Positions 54,747 to 64,000 are shown, counted from the stretch's first letter. The stretch: 64,000 nucleotides of DNA from Dehalococcoidia bacterium (GCA_021731085.1 JAKFYB010000007.1:32907-96906); one strand, 5' to 3'. Numbers and translations: made by a program. Notes: generated by a model from the letters alone, not told the origin.

Positions 54747-55124
54747 ATGCAGATCGGACAGTTCGCCATCAACCTCACCAGCGATAACCCGGAGCGCACG
54801 AACGCGTTCTATCGCGACACGATCGGCCTTGAGCCGGAGCCGTCGATGGGCGACCACGCCAACAAGATGGCGGGCGCCATCCTCTTCCTCGACGGCCACA
54901 GTGAGATCAAGGGTGCGGCGAAGGAGCCTCAGCGCGCGCTCCTCGACTGGTTCGTCGGCGACGCGAAAGCGGAGCGCGAACGTCTCGAAGCGAAAGGCGT
55001 CGCGTTCATTCGTAAGGAGGGACGCGAGTACTGGGGCGGTATCATCTCGACATTCACCGATCCCGACGGCAACTACATTCAGCTCATCCAGTTCGACGCC
55101 GAGGCCGCCCAACAGTCGGCGTAG
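54747..55124 (+). CDS. VOC family protein (array member 1)
   Basis: AFYRDTIGL..., EGREYWGGIISTFTDPDGNYIQLIQF. Confidence 0.8.
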   Translation: MQIGQFAINLTSDNPERTNAFYRDTIGLEPEPSMGDHANKMAGAILFLDGHSEIKGAAKEPQRALLDWFVGDAKAERERLEAKGVAFIRKEGREYWGGIISTFTDPDGNYIQLIQFDAEAAQQSA

Positions 55125-55161
55125 ACCGGCGACCGACGACCAACGACCAACGAGGCACCAC

Positions 55162-55521
55162 ATGAACGTCACGGCACTCATCATCAACATCAACAGCGTC
55201 GACCCGAACGGACTCATGGCGTTCTACACGGACGTGGTTGGCCTACCAAAGCATCCGGACGAAAACCGCGAGAGCACGCTCATGCTCGGGCCGGTCGAGC
55301 TCGTCTTCGATAGCCACAGCGAGGTCAGCGGCAAGTCCGCCCAGCCTGCCCGCATCATGCTGAACCTCTTCGTCGATGATCTCGCCGCCGAACAGAAGCG
55401 CATCGAAGGCCACGGCGTGAAGTTCATCCGCAGCGCTGGGCGTGAGTACTGGGGCGGCGTCTTCTCGACGTTCGAAGATCCAGATGGAAACTACGTCCAG
55501 CTCGTCGAGTTCAAGCCGTAG
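55162..55521 (+). CDS. VOC family protein (array member 2)
   Basis: Trimmed to MNVTALIINI. AFYTDVVGL..., AGREYWGGVFSTFEDPDGNYVQLVEF. Confidence 0.8.
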   Translation: MNVTALIININSVDPNGLMAFYTDVVGLPKHPDENRESTLMLGPVELVFDSHSEVSGKSAQPARIMLNLFVDDLAAEQKRIEGHGVKFIRSAGREYWGGVFSTFEDPDGNYVQLVEFKP

Positions 55522-55575
55522 CGGCTTCATCGTCGGGACTGGTCGCTAGACCTGTCCACCAGAAGGAGAACAACC

Positions 55576-56280
55576 ATGGAAGTCCTAAGTCTGACGATCG
55601 GGTTGAACAGTACCCAGCCAGAGAAGCTTCACCAGTTCTATGCTGACCTGATCGGCCTCAAGCCGAATCCCGACTCAGGCGGCCTGATGGCAGCGTCGAC
55701 CGGGATCTTCATCGACGGTCACAGCGACCTCGCTGGCCCCACGAAGGAGCCGCCGCGCACCATGTGCAACTTCGCCGTAGATGATGTCGTGAAGGAGCAG
55801 GCTCGGCTCGAAGCAGCTGGCGTGAAGTTTCTCGGTCGTCCCTCGCAGGAACCGATCTCGTTCTCGACATTCATCGATCCCGACGGCAACTACGGCCAGA
55901 TCTTCAGCATGGAGGGCGCGCCTCCCGAAAACGAATTCTTCGCCGTCCAGCGCTTCTCCGCCGATACTCAGCGTCTCCGCTCGTTCTATCGCGACGTCGT
56001 CGGCCTATCCGACGACCACCCTGAGCTCGGGAGCCCGTTCCTGGCCGGTGAGTCCGCGATCTACATGGGCGAGCACAGCGACGTTCACGGCCCGTCGCAA
56101 GAACCAGCCCGGATCATCCTCAATTTCTTCGTCGAGGATCTCACGGCGGAGCAGAAGCGCATCGAGGGTCACGGCGTGAAGTTCACCCGCACGGCTGGCC
56201 GAGAATCCTGGGGCGGGATCATCTCGACGTTCCCGGACCCAGACGGCAATTTGCTGCAGCTCATCGAGTTCAAGCCGTAG
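55576..56280 (+). CDS. tandem two-domain VOC family protein (array members 3a and 3b)
   Basis: There are two successive modules. The first ends ...FSTFIDPDGNYGQIFSM and the second ends ...GRESWGGIISTFPDPDGNLLQLIEF. Confidence 0.8.
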   Translation: MEVLSLTIGLNSTQPEKLHQFYADLIGLKPNPDSGGLMAASTGIFIDGHSDLAGPTKEPPRTMCNFAVDDVVKEQARLEAAGVKFLGRPSQEPISFSTFIDPDGNYGQIFSMEGAPPENEFFAVQRFSADTQRLRSFYRDVVGLSDDHPELGSPFLAGESAIYMGEHSDVHGPSQEPARIILNFFVEDLTAEQKRIEGHGVKFTRTAGRESWGGIISTFPDPDGNLLQLIEFKP

Positions 56281-56293
56281 TGGAGGGCGAAGT

Positions 56294-56653
56294 ATGCAAC
56301 CCGTAGGCTTTGGGTTTGTCCTGACGACGGAAAACGTCGATCGCCTCAACACCTTCTATCGTGACATTGTCGGTCTGCCGCCGCTGCCGGAACTGGGGCC
56401 ATATGCGCACAACGTCGGTGGCGGCGTCGCGATGTTCATCCAGGGTCACAGCGAAACGATGGGGATGGCAAAGGAGCCGTCGCGATGGCTCCCCGGCATC
56501 ACAGTGCAGAACCTCAAGGAGGAGCAGTCGCGGCTAGAAACAGCCGGTGTGTCGTTCATTCGAAGAGAAGGCCGTGAGGAGTGGGGCGGCATCATATCCA
56601 CCCTAGTAGACCCGGACGGGAACTACATCAACATCATGGAGTGGGCGGGGTAG
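56294..56653 (+). CDS. VOC family protein (array member 4)
   Basis: TFYRDIVGL..., EGREEWGGIISTLVDPDGNYINIMEW. Confidence 0.8.
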   Translation: MQPVGFGFVLTTENVDRLNTFYRDIVGLPPLPELGPYAHNVGGGVAMFIQGHSETMGMAKEPSRWLPGITVQNLKEEQSRLETAGVSFIRREGREEWGGIISTLVDPDGNYINIMEWAG

Positions 56654-56675
56654 CTTCGAGCGGCGGTCACCAGCT

Positions 56676-57620
56676 CTAAAACTCCGCGAACTCGTCCGCG
56701 AAGAGAGCCACCGCCCCGCCTGTGTGCCAGAACACGACCGTCGCGTCGCGCTCGATTCGGCCGGAGCGTACGGCGGCGATGAGCCCGGCCATCGCCTTGC
56801 CCGTGTACACCGGATCGAGCAACAGCGCCTCCGTCGTCGCGGCGAGACGGACGGCATCGCGCGCCTCTTCGGTGATCGATGCGTAGTGCGGGCCGCAGTG
56901 GTCGGCGATGATCAGTTCGCCCATCGGCTCGGTTCGTGCGGCGAGCACGGCAGTCTTCTTGGCCAGCCTTGGGATGCTTTCGGTCAGCGGCCAGGGCGGG
57001 CGCGATACATCGATACCGAGCACGCGCACTTCCCTCGGAAGGCCAGCGAGCAGTCCAGCATGCGTGCCGCCGCTGCCATCGGCGATCACGATCCAGTCGG
57101 GCGGCTGCGCCATCTGTGAGAGTAGTTCGTCGGCCGCATGCACGTACGCCAGCGCACCGACGGGCGTCGCGCCACCGACGGGCATGTCGTACGCCGTCTC
57201 GCCGATCGCGGCCGCGCGCTCCTTCACGAGACCTTGCAGCACGCCCCAGTCTTCACTGCCGGCGAACGTGATCTCCGCACCAAAGAGCCGGTCGAGCAGG
57301 ACGTTGGCGGAATCGTGATCCGGCTCATCGCCCCCGAGAATGAGGATGCAGCGCAGGCCGAGCTTCGCGCAGGCGGCCGCCGTCATGCGGCAGAAATTCG
57401 ACTGCTGGCCGCCCGTCGTGATGATCGTGTCGCAGCCCTTGTCGATCGCGTCCTTGAGGAGGAAGTCGAGCTTGCGCGCCTTGTTGCCGCCCATCGCGAG
57501 GCCGGTGAGGTCGTCGCGCTTCACCAGCACGCGCACGCCAAGTTCGGCGCTCAGCCGCGGCGCTTCGTCCAGCGGCGTCGGCAGGATGGACAGCGGCACA
57601 AAGGCTGGCTTGTCTGTCAT
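56676..57620 (-). CDS. PLP-dependent D-cysteine desulfhydrase/ACC deaminase family protein
   Basis: GGNKARKLDFLL contains the PLP Lys. It is followed by TGGQQSNFCRMTAAA and ...GSGGTHAGL. The ATG overlaps the folK stop (TAATG at 57618-57622). Confidence 0.82.
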   Translation of the reverse strand: MTDKPAFVPLSILPTPLDEAPRLSAELGVRVLVKRDDLTGLAMGGNKARKLDFLLKDAIDKGCDTIITTGGQQSNFCRMTAAACAKLGLRCILILGGDEPDHDSANVLLDRLFGAEITFAGSEDWGVLQGLVKERAAAIGETAYDMPVGGATPVGALAYVHAADELLSQMAQPPDWIVIADGSGGTHAGLLAGLPREVRVLGIDVSRPPWPLTESIPRLAKKTAVLAARTEPMGELIIADHCGPHYASITEEARDAVRLAATTEALLLDPVYTGKAMAGLIAAVRSGRIERDATVVFWHTGGAVALFADEFAEF

Positions 57621-58177
57621 TAGGCCTCCGCGTCATCGTCGCTGTCGTCGTCCGGATCGTCGTCCAGGCCACCGAATCTCGCCCAGGAAGGCCCGGCGAT
57701 GTGTTCGATGTCATCATATTCGGCGTCGTCCGCGAGCTCACCGATCGTTACGCCGCGCTTCGGATGCGTGACGTCTGAGGCGAGTTCGGCGAGCGGCAGC
57801 AGCACGAAGTTGCGGGCGGCGATGAACGGATGCGGGATCGTAAGCGCGTCCGTTTCGAGAACGATGTCGCCGTAGAGGAGGATGTCGATGTCGATGGGGC
57901 GCGCGGACCATTTGGGTGCGGGACGCCGGCCGATGCGGTGCTCGATCTCCTTCACGAAGTGGAGCAGGTCTTCGGGTACGAGTTCGGTGTTAATTTCGGC
58001 GACGGCGTTGCGAAAGTCGGGGCCGGGTTCGGCGTCTTCGAGAACGAGCGCTGGTGATCGATATAGCGACGATACGGCGACGACAGTGCAGCGTTCCGCG
58101 AGCCAGCCCAACGCTAGCCGCAGGTTTGCTTCGCGGTTGCCAATGTTTGCGCCAAGGCCGAGGAAGACGCGCGTCAT
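57620..58177 (-). CDS. folK: 2-amino-4-hydroxy-6-hydroxymethyldihydropteridine diphosphokinase with acidic C-terminal tail
   Basis: Trimmed to MTRVFLGLGANIGNR. Motifs ...SSLYRSPA..., ...RWSARPIDIDILLYG... and ...LTIPHP.... The tail is GGLDDDPDDDSDDDAEA. ATGA overlaps with folP. Confidence 0.88.
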   Translation of the reverse strand: MTRVFLGLGANIGNREANLRLALGWLAERCTVVAVSSLYRSPALVLEDAEPGPDFRNAVAEINTELVPEDLLHFVKEIEHRIGRRPAPKWSARPIDIDILLYGDIVLETDALTIPHPFIAARNFVLLPLAELASDVTHPKRGVTIGELADDAEYDDIEHIAGPSWARFGGLDDDPDDDSDDDAEA

Positions 58178-59049
58178 TCGTCCGCCTTCCAACCGCGGAC
58201 GATCGCGTCCGTGACGAGCGCCACCTGCTTCATCTCGCGGACGTCGTGCACACGCACGATATCCGCGCCATTCGCGATCGCCAGCGCCACCGAAGCCGCC
58301 GTGCCAAACAATCGATCTTCAACCGGCGCGTCGCCCAACACCGTCGCGATGGTCGACTTCCGCGATGTGCCGACAAGCAGCGGGAGACCAAGCGCTCGTA
58401 GCACAGACAACCGCCGCAGCATCTCGATATTCTGTTCCGGCCGCCACCCGAACCCAAAGCCCGGATCGGCGATCAGCATCGAGGCTGGCAGGCCCGCGCG
58501 TTTGGCGATCAGCATGGACTCTCGTAGTCCGGCCGCGATGTCGGCGATCACATCTCCGGACGCGGCGCGGTTGCGCTGGTTGTGCATGATGCACACGGGC
58601 ACGCGCGCGTCCGCCGCCACCTCCGCAAGCACAGCGTCTCGCCGAAAGCCATAGATGTCGTTGAGCATGTGGGCGCCGGCGTCCATCGCTGCACGCGCGA
58701 CTTCTACCTTATAAGTGTCCACGCTAATCGGCATGTCAGGCAGGGCGATGCGTATGGCCGCGACCACCGGCACGACACGCGCGATCTCCTCCTGTGGCGT
58801 GATCTCGTCGAAGCCGGCCTCGCTCTTCGTAGCGCCGGGCCGGGTCGACTGGCCGCCGACATCGAGGATGTCAGCACCATCCGCCGAGAATTGCCGCGCC
58901 AGCGCAACAGCCGCCTCAACCGACGACAGCCCGTCGCCCGAGAACGAGTCTGGTGAGACATTCACGATGCCCATGATGTGTGTGCGCTCGCCCCACGCAA
59001 ACTCACGCGGACCGATGGTCATCGTTGGGGAGAGGTAGGCCGTCGTCAC
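58174..59049 (-). CDS. folP: dihydropteroate synthase
   Basis: IMGIVNVSPDSFSGDG, DILDVGGQSTRPG and ...VGTSRKS... . Confidence 0.9.
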   Translation of the reverse strand: MTTAYLSPTMTIGPREFAWGERTHIMGIVNVSPDSFSGDGLSSVEAAVALARQFSADGADILDVGGQSTRPGATKSEAGFDEITPQEEIARVVPVVAAIRIALPDMPISVDTYKVEVARAAMDAGAHMLNDIYGFRRDAVLAEVAADARVPVCIMHNQRNRAASGDVIADIAAGLRESMLIAKRAGLPASMLIADPGFGFGWRPEQNIEMLRRLSVLRALGLPLLVGTSRKSTIATVLGDAPVEDRLFGTAASVALAIANGADIVRVHDVREMKQVALVTDAIVRGWKADE

Positions 59050-59088
59050 GACGCGTGCAATGCGCTATCGGGAACAACGCTCGCCTGC

Positions 59089-59868
59089 CTACGCATTTCG
59101 CACCATCAGCCCGCCATCCACGACGAGAAACGCGCCGTTGATGAAGCTCGACGCCGGCAGCGCGAGACTGAGCGTCGCGTGCGCGACCTCCTCCGGCTCG
59201 CCATAGCGCTTCAACGCAACGCGCCGCCGCGCAAACTTCGTCTTCGCCTCGTCGGGGATTGGCGCCGTCATACCTGTCTTGATCGGGCCGGGACAGATCG
59301 CGTTCACGTTGATGCCGCGCGGCCCAAGCTCCACAGCCATCGAGCGCGTCAGGCCGATGACGCCGTGCTTCGCCGCTGTGTACGGACTGCCGCCAGCCGT
59401 CGCACCAAGTCCCTCTGTCGACGCGATGTTCACGATGCGGCCCTCGCCGTTACGAGCCAGATCATCGACGCACGCGCGAATCAGACGCGCCTGTGCTGTG
59501 AGGTTGACCGCGAACGTCAACTCCCACGCCTTCTCCCAGAAGTCATGATCAATCGGCGCGCCGACGGAGATGCCCGCGTTGTTGATCAGGATGTCGATCG
59601 GCCCCAGGTCGCCGCGGATCTTCTCGACAAGCGCTGGAATCGCGGCGCCATCAGCGAGATCGGCGACATACCCGTTGGCCGTGCCGCCCGCGGCACGAAT
59701 CTCTTCGACGACGGCGTTCAATGCATCGGCGGTCCGGTCGACGAGTGCCAAGTGCGCGCCTTCATCCGCAAAGACGAACGCGGTCGCGCGGCCCATCCCG
59801 CTCGCCGCGCCCGTAATGATCGCGACGCGTCCGTCGATCGACCTGCTGAGTGTGCTGAGCTTTGCCAT
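59089..59868 (-). CDS. SDR family oxidoreductase (FabG-like)
   Basis: Trimmed to MAKLST... . Cofactor motif VAIITGAASGMGRA, then NNAG and the catalytic YTAAKHG. Confidence 0.85.
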   Translation of the reverse strand: MAKLSTLSRSIDGRVAIITGAASGMGRATAFVFADEGAHLALVDRTADALNAVVEEIRAAGGTANGYVADLADGAAIPALVEKIRGDLGPIDILINNAGISVGAPIDHDFWEKAWELTFAVNLTAQARLIRACVDDLARNGEGRIVNIASTEGLGATAGGSPYTAAKHGVIGLTRSMAVELGPRGINVNAICPGPIKTGMTAPIPDEAKTKFARRRVALKRYGEPEEVAHATLSLALPASSFINGAFLVVDGGLMVRNA

Positions 59869-59977
59869 AGCGCAGATCTTATCCGCGATCACACACGCGG
59901 CCAACTTCAGTCTCGAACCGACCGTCACCGGCCGCCACAGTCGTAGACCGGCGCCAACAGCCTGCTCAGAGCCGGAG

Positions 59978-60340
59978 TCAGGTTTCGAGCAGCACGAGCA
60001 GCTTCTTGGGAGCCGTCATGCGGTAGCTGTCGCGGATGAGATCGGCTGCTTGCGACCAATCCACGGCGCCTTCCATGTTGACGCCAATCCAGCCCATGTG
60101 GCCGACATACTTCGGGCGGTAGTAGCGGTCTGGTTCGTTCTCGATGAGCAGCTCCTGCAGGCCTGGTGCGCCCTTCACCCAGAGGCCGACGACGGGGTCG
60201 CCGTGGTGGTAGTCCTCCCACGTCGCGAACAGCTTCTTGCCGACAAACCACGCCGGCTCACCGTGCGATGGCCGTTCGGTCGTCTCGGGCATCGCCAGGC
60301 AAAGTTCACGAACGCGGTCGATGGGCGTCTTCTTGGGCAT
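59978..60340 (-). CDS. MmcQ/YjbR family protein
   Basis: 120 aa. The sequence ...LCLAMPETTERPSHGEPAWFVGKKLFA... is typical of the family. Confidence 0.7.
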   Translation of the reverse strand: MPKKTPIDRVRELCLAMPETTERPSHGEPAWFVGKKLFATWEDYHHGDPVVGLWVKGAPGLQELLIENEPDRYYRPKYVGHMGWIGVNMEGAVDWSQAADLIRDSYRMTAPKKLLVLLET

Positions 60341-60424
60341 GGTGCTCTATCAGTCGCCAGTCGTCAGTCAATCAGTCATCGCAATCGGAGACACTGCAAC
60401 CGACGACCGACGACTCACCACCAC

Positions 60425-61699
60425 CTAATCAGCGTACTTCTTGAACACCAAACACGCGTTTTGGCCACCGAAGCCGAAGCTGTTCTTCAACACGACGTTC
60501 ACTTCGCCGAGGTTGCGAGCGGTGTTGGGGATGTAGTCGAGGTCGCAGTCCGGGTCGGGGTACTCCTGATTGAGGGTGGGTGGCACCCAGCCGGTGAGGA
60601 TCGACTGGACGCAGGCGACGGACTCGATCGCGGCTGACGCGCCGAGCGTGTGGCCGATCTGCGACTTCGTGCTGCTGATCGGCACCTGGTACGCGTGCTC
60701 GCCGAACGCGCGCTTCATCGCGACGGTCTCGTACTTGTCGTTCATCTGTGTCGACGTGCCGTGCGCGTTGATGTAGTCGACGTCCTGCGGCTTCACGCCC
60801 GCGTCGATCATTGCCGCGGTCATCGCCGCGGCTGTGGACTCGCCGTCTTCCACCGGCACGACGACGTGATGTGCATCCGACGTGCAGCCGTAGCCCGCGA
60901 ACTCGGCGAGGATCGGCGCGTTGCGCGCCTTCGCGTGCTCCAGCGTCTCGATCACGAAGACGGCCGCACCTTCGCCGGACACGAACCCATCGCGCTTCGC
61001 GTCGAAAGGACGGCTGGCGGTCTGCGGCGAATCGTTGTTTGTGGAGAGCGCCTTCATGACCTGGAACGAGGCGAGACCCAGTTCCGAGAGACCTGCCTCG
61101 GTTCCGCCGGTGATCATCACATCAGCGCGCCCTGCGCGGACTACTTCGAGCGCCTCGCCCATGGCGTTGCCGGCAGAGGCGCAGGCCGTCGTGATGGAGT
61201 AGTTGATGCCCTTGAGGCCGTGCTTCATCGCGACGTGTGCGGCGGCCATGTTCGGGAGCATCTTCACCATATAGAAGGGATCCATGCGGCGCACGCCCTT
61301 CTGCGTGATGTCCTTCACGGCCTGGTCAGTATCCGGAAAGCCGCCCATGCCGTTGCCGAAGAGGACGCCGACGCGATACGGGTCTTCCTTCGTGAAGTCG
61401 ATCTGCGATTGCGCGAAGGCGCCCTTCGCGGAGGCCAGCGCGAGTTGCGCAAACCGCGCCATACGTCGTGCCTCCTTGCGGTCGATGTACTCCTCCGGCA
61501 CGAAGTTCTTGACCTCGCCGCCGATGTGAACGTCGTAACCCGTCGTATCGAACTGCGTGAGGATGTCGATGCCCGACTTACCGGCGAGCGCGTCCGCCCA
61601 GAACTCGTCAACCGTGTTGGCGAGCGGGTTGAGGGTGCCCATGCCGGTGATGACGACGCGGGTGCGTCCGCGGTGGTCGTGGCCGTTGGAGTTACTCAT
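60425..61699 (-). CDS. fabF: beta-ketoacyl-ACP synthase II (second paralogue)
   Basis: Trimmed to MSNSNGHDHRGRTRVVITGMG. The active-site Cys is in SITTACASAGNA, with NAHGTSTQMND and KSQIGHTLGASA. Confidence 0.88.
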   Translation of the reverse strand: MSNSNGHDHRGRTRVVITGMGTLNPLANTVDEFWADALAGKSGIDILTQFDTTGYDVHIGGEVKNFVPEEYIDRKEARRMARFAQLALASAKGAFAQSQIDFTKEDPYRVGVLFGNGMGGFPDTDQAVKDITQKGVRRMDPFYMVKMLPNMAAAHVAMKHGLKGINYSITTACASAGNAMGEALEVVRAGRADVMITGGTEAGLSELGLASFQVMKALSTNNDSPQTASRPFDAKRDGFVSGEGAAVFVIETLEHAKARNAPILAEFAGYGCTSDAHHVVVPVEDGESTAAAMTAAMIDAGVKPQDVDYINAHGTSTQMNDKYETVAMKRAFGEHAYQVPISSTKSQIGHTLGASAAIESVACVQSILTGWVPPTLNQEYPDPDCDLDYIPNTARNLGEVNVVLKNSFGFGGQNACLVFKKYAD

Positions 61700-61865
61700 A
61701 GATGTAGAAGCGTCCCGAGGCGCATGAGGTGAGGCCGCCGTACGGAGAGAATCGCCGAAGGAGACCGCCAGTCGGTCGTACATCCTAACGCGGCAGTCTG
61801 GGCGAACGTAGGTATGTACTACGCCCGCGTAGTACAAATGAACCATATGACCGATGCTCGCGAGG

Positions 61866-62645
61866 CTAGGGCTTTTGGGCGCAGACTGTCCACAGCACCA
61901 TGGTCGGCCAGCTAAGCGCCGGGTCGTCCAGCCGGGCGAGATCGGCCTCGATCTCCTCCTCCGTGACGTCACCGGCGGCGATCATATCGCCCCGAACCTG
62001 CTCGAAGTTGGCGCGCATCAGCCGCGAAAAGACGGTGCCGCCCTGAAAGTGGCGAGCGTGCGCCTCCGCATCAACGTTCTTCAGTCCGAGGGATCGCAGC
62101 AGCGGCGGGAGCTTCCTTCCGAATCGGAGATCCGCGCCGCGCCGCGTGAGCACGGCCTGGCTCGCGACGTAGGTCTTGAGGAGATGCTCGCTCAGAAAGT
62201 GCTCCGGATCCGCGCGCATCGACAGACTCTCGAACTCCTGCAGCACGAGCCACCCGCCGGGCTTCAACGCCGAGATCATCTTCTCGACGGCGCGCTCTCG
62301 CTCGGGCACATGGATGAGCACGAGCCGCGTGTGCGCGACATCGAACACGCCTTCTTCGATCGGGTCGTTCGCGATGTCGTGTTGGCGGACTTCGACATTG
62401 CCCGCCGCGATGCCGTCGAGAAAGCGCGTGTTGATGTCCGTGACGAGCACGCGACCTTGTGCGCCGACCCGATCGCTCATCCACTTGGCGACGGATCCTG
62501 ATCCACCGCCGACTTCGAGACAACGCGATCCAGGCTTCACGACCGGAGCCAGGTGGCGGATAGTTACCGGGTCGTAGAGCACCTCCAGCGCGCCGAATCG
62601 CTGCTCAGTTTCCGCGGCGGCGTTATCGAATGCGTACTCTGGCAT
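61866..62645 (-). CDS. class I SAM-dependent methyltransferase
   Basis: Trimmed to MPEYAFDN. Motif I is CLEVGGGSGSVA. Confidence 0.8.
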   Translation of the reverse strand: MPEYAFDNAAAETEQRFGALEVLYDPVTIRHLAPVVKPGSRCLEVGGGSGSVAKWMSDRVGAQGRVLVTDINTRFLDGIAAGNVEVRQHDIANDPIEEGVFDVAHTRLVLIHVPERERAVEKMISALKPGGWLVLQEFESLSMRADPEHFLSEHLLKTYVASQAVLTRRGADLRFGRKLPPLLRSLGLKNVDAEAHARHFQGGTVFSRLMRANFEQVRGDMIAAGDVTEEEIEADLARLDDPALSWPTMVLWTVCAQKP

Positions 62646-62749
62646 GCTTCGACCTCCCCACAACTGTGACACACGCAGTGCAGCGACGCGACTACGCAAC
62701 CTAGCGTGACGACGGCCCTCCGCTAGCTATCGCTTAGGCTGTTACCCAT

Positions 62750-63553
62750 ATGGAGAACGAATCGCGCTGGGAAGTGCTGCGGGCGGCGTCTCCCCTGCAT
62801 CCTTCGGCGGTGTGGCGAAGCGGTGATGTCGTCATTCGCGCGGTCGGATCGTGGACGCCCTCGGTCCACGCCCTGCTGCGGCATCTGGAACAGGTTGGGT
62901 TCGACGCCGCCCCACGGCTCGTCGGCTCGGGGTTGGACGAAGAAGGGCGTGAGACCCTCACCTACATCGATGGTGAATTTACACAACCAGGCCCCTGGAC
63001 ACCCGATGGTGTCGGCGCTGTGGGTGCGCTACTGCGGTCGTTACACACAGCGACGGTTTCATTTGCGCCGCCCGAAGGCGCGTCCTGGTACTCCTGGTTT
63101 GGACGCGTGCTTGGCGACAAGCCCCGCGTCATCAGCCACTGTGATGTCGCACCCTGGAACATCGTCGCCCGCGGCGGCCGTCCGATCGCGCTGATCGACT
63201 GGGACTTCGCCGGCCCTGTCGATCCCATCGTCGAACTGGCGCAGGCTTGCTGGCTGAACGCCAAGCTCTACTCGGACGATGTCGCTGAGATCGAAGGACT
63301 TCCCCCGCTGGATGACCGAGCGCGCCAGCTCCGCGCGATAGTCGATGGATATGGCCTTGCAGCCAGGGATCGTGCCGGGTTCGTCGACCGGATCGTCGAG
63401 TTCGTGGTTCACGCAACAGCGAACGAAGCCGACGAGTTGCAAGTGACGCCAGAAACAGAAGAGCCGGGACTGACGTGGGCTCTCGCCTGGCGGGCTCGCT
63501 CCGCCGCCTGGATCTCGCGCCACCGAGGTGTCTTGCAAAACGCGCTCGCCTGA
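62750..63553 (+). CDS. phosphotransferase (APH/choline-kinase-like) family protein
   Basis: ISHCDVAPWNIVARGGRPIALIDWDFAGP is the HxDxxxxN plus D motif. Confidence 0.75.
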   Translation: MENESRWEVLRAASPLHPSAVWRSGDVVIRAVGSWTPSVHALLRHLEQVGFDAAPRLVGSGLDEEGRETLTYIDGEFTQPGPWTPDGVGAVGALLRSLHTATVSFAPPEGASWYSWFGRVLGDKPRVISHCDVAPWNIVARGGRPIALIDWDFAGPVDPIVELAQACWLNAKLYSDDVAEIEGLPPLDDRARQLRAIVDGYGLAARDRAGFVDRIVEFVVHATANEADELQVTPETEEPGLTWALAWRARSAAWISRHRGVLQNALA

Positions 63554-63572
63554 TCCCCTCTGACCACGCGTC

Positions 63573-64000
63573 CTACCGCGAAGCCAACCGAACGCTATCG
63601 CTCTCGATCCCGAGCACCCACTCCCGCACCGCGGCGACGAACGCAAGCGCCCCGAATGCGACTACCGCGCCGCGCTCGCCAGCCTCGGCGACGGCGGCCT
63701 CGTACGCATCCGGCAGTGTCCCGAACGTCGTCACCGGCGCGTCGTACGGCCGGAACGCCGCCGCCAATTCTCGCGGATCGGCGGCGCGCGCGGAGGGCCA
63801 GCCGCAGACAAACACCGATGTCGCAAACGGCGCCGCCTGCTCAGCCATCGCCGTCACATCCTTCCCGCCCAGCGTCCCGAACAACAGCACCGCCGACTTC
63901 AACCCGAAGTCTTCCCGCAGCGCCGTCTCCATGCGCTTCACCGAATCCCCGTTGTGCGCGCCATCGACGATGAGCATCGGTTTGCGCGTCAGCACCTCCA
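63573..64000 (-). CDS. folC: bifunctional folylpolyglutamate synthase/dihydrofolate synthase, C-terminal part (5' end beyond the window)
   Basis: ...MLIVDGAHNGDS... is the Mur-ligase C-terminal domain DGAHN motif. The reading frame stays open to the window end. Confidence 0.75.
   Translation of the reverse strand, partial: EVLTRKPMLIVDGAHNGDSVKRMETALREDFGLKSAVLLFGTLGGKDVTAMAEQAAPFATSVFVCGWPSARAADPRELAAAFRPYDAPVTTFGTLPDAYEAAVAEAGERGAVVAFGALAFVAAVREWVLGIESDSVRLASR

Overview
This is a high-GC bacterial chromosomal segment (G+C judged by eye, not computed). It is densely coding on both strands, with about 70 CDS and one tRNA-Arg(TCT). I saw no rRNA, CRISPR array, transposase, integrase or phage genes, so it reads as core chromosome rather than a mobile island.

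Gene content:
- Cofactor and housekeeping genes: hemL, moaC, ribH, folP-folK, partial folC, rpsU, a Glu/Leu/Phe/Val dehydrogenase and two fabF paralogues.
- A large detoxification and hydrolase complement: 3 DinB-family genes, 5 VOC/glyoxalase genes (6 domains), 5 alpha/beta hydrolases, 2 acyl-CoA dehydrogenases, an LLM/F420-type oxidoreductase and amidohydrolases.
- The CSLREA-motif protein, multiple DinB genes, the LLM oxidoreductase and the MmyB-like regulators hint at a Chloroflexota-like or actinobacterial-like monoderm. I cannot verify this without a database search.

No obvious defence-island or toxin system is present. The observations most worth a second look are:
1. A well-conserved c-di-AMP (ydaO-class) riboswitch with its own promoter abuts the start codon of a membrane-embedded processive-type GT2 glycan synthase.
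2. Two adjacent secreted enzymes (an S8 protease and a PQQ-type sugar dehydrogenase) share a paralogous C-terminal module of about 210 aa. The module has 8 Cys and resembles thrombospondin-type-3 plus dockerin repeats.
3. A soluble ECF sigma factor is fused in cis to a complete zinc anti-sigma (ZAS) motif plus extra Cys clusters. It is translationally coupled to a CrtI-family flavoenzyme.
4. Several tandem paralogue sets and a small family of repeated intergenic hairpins.

All functional calls come from motif recognition by eye in the supplied translations. No searches were run.
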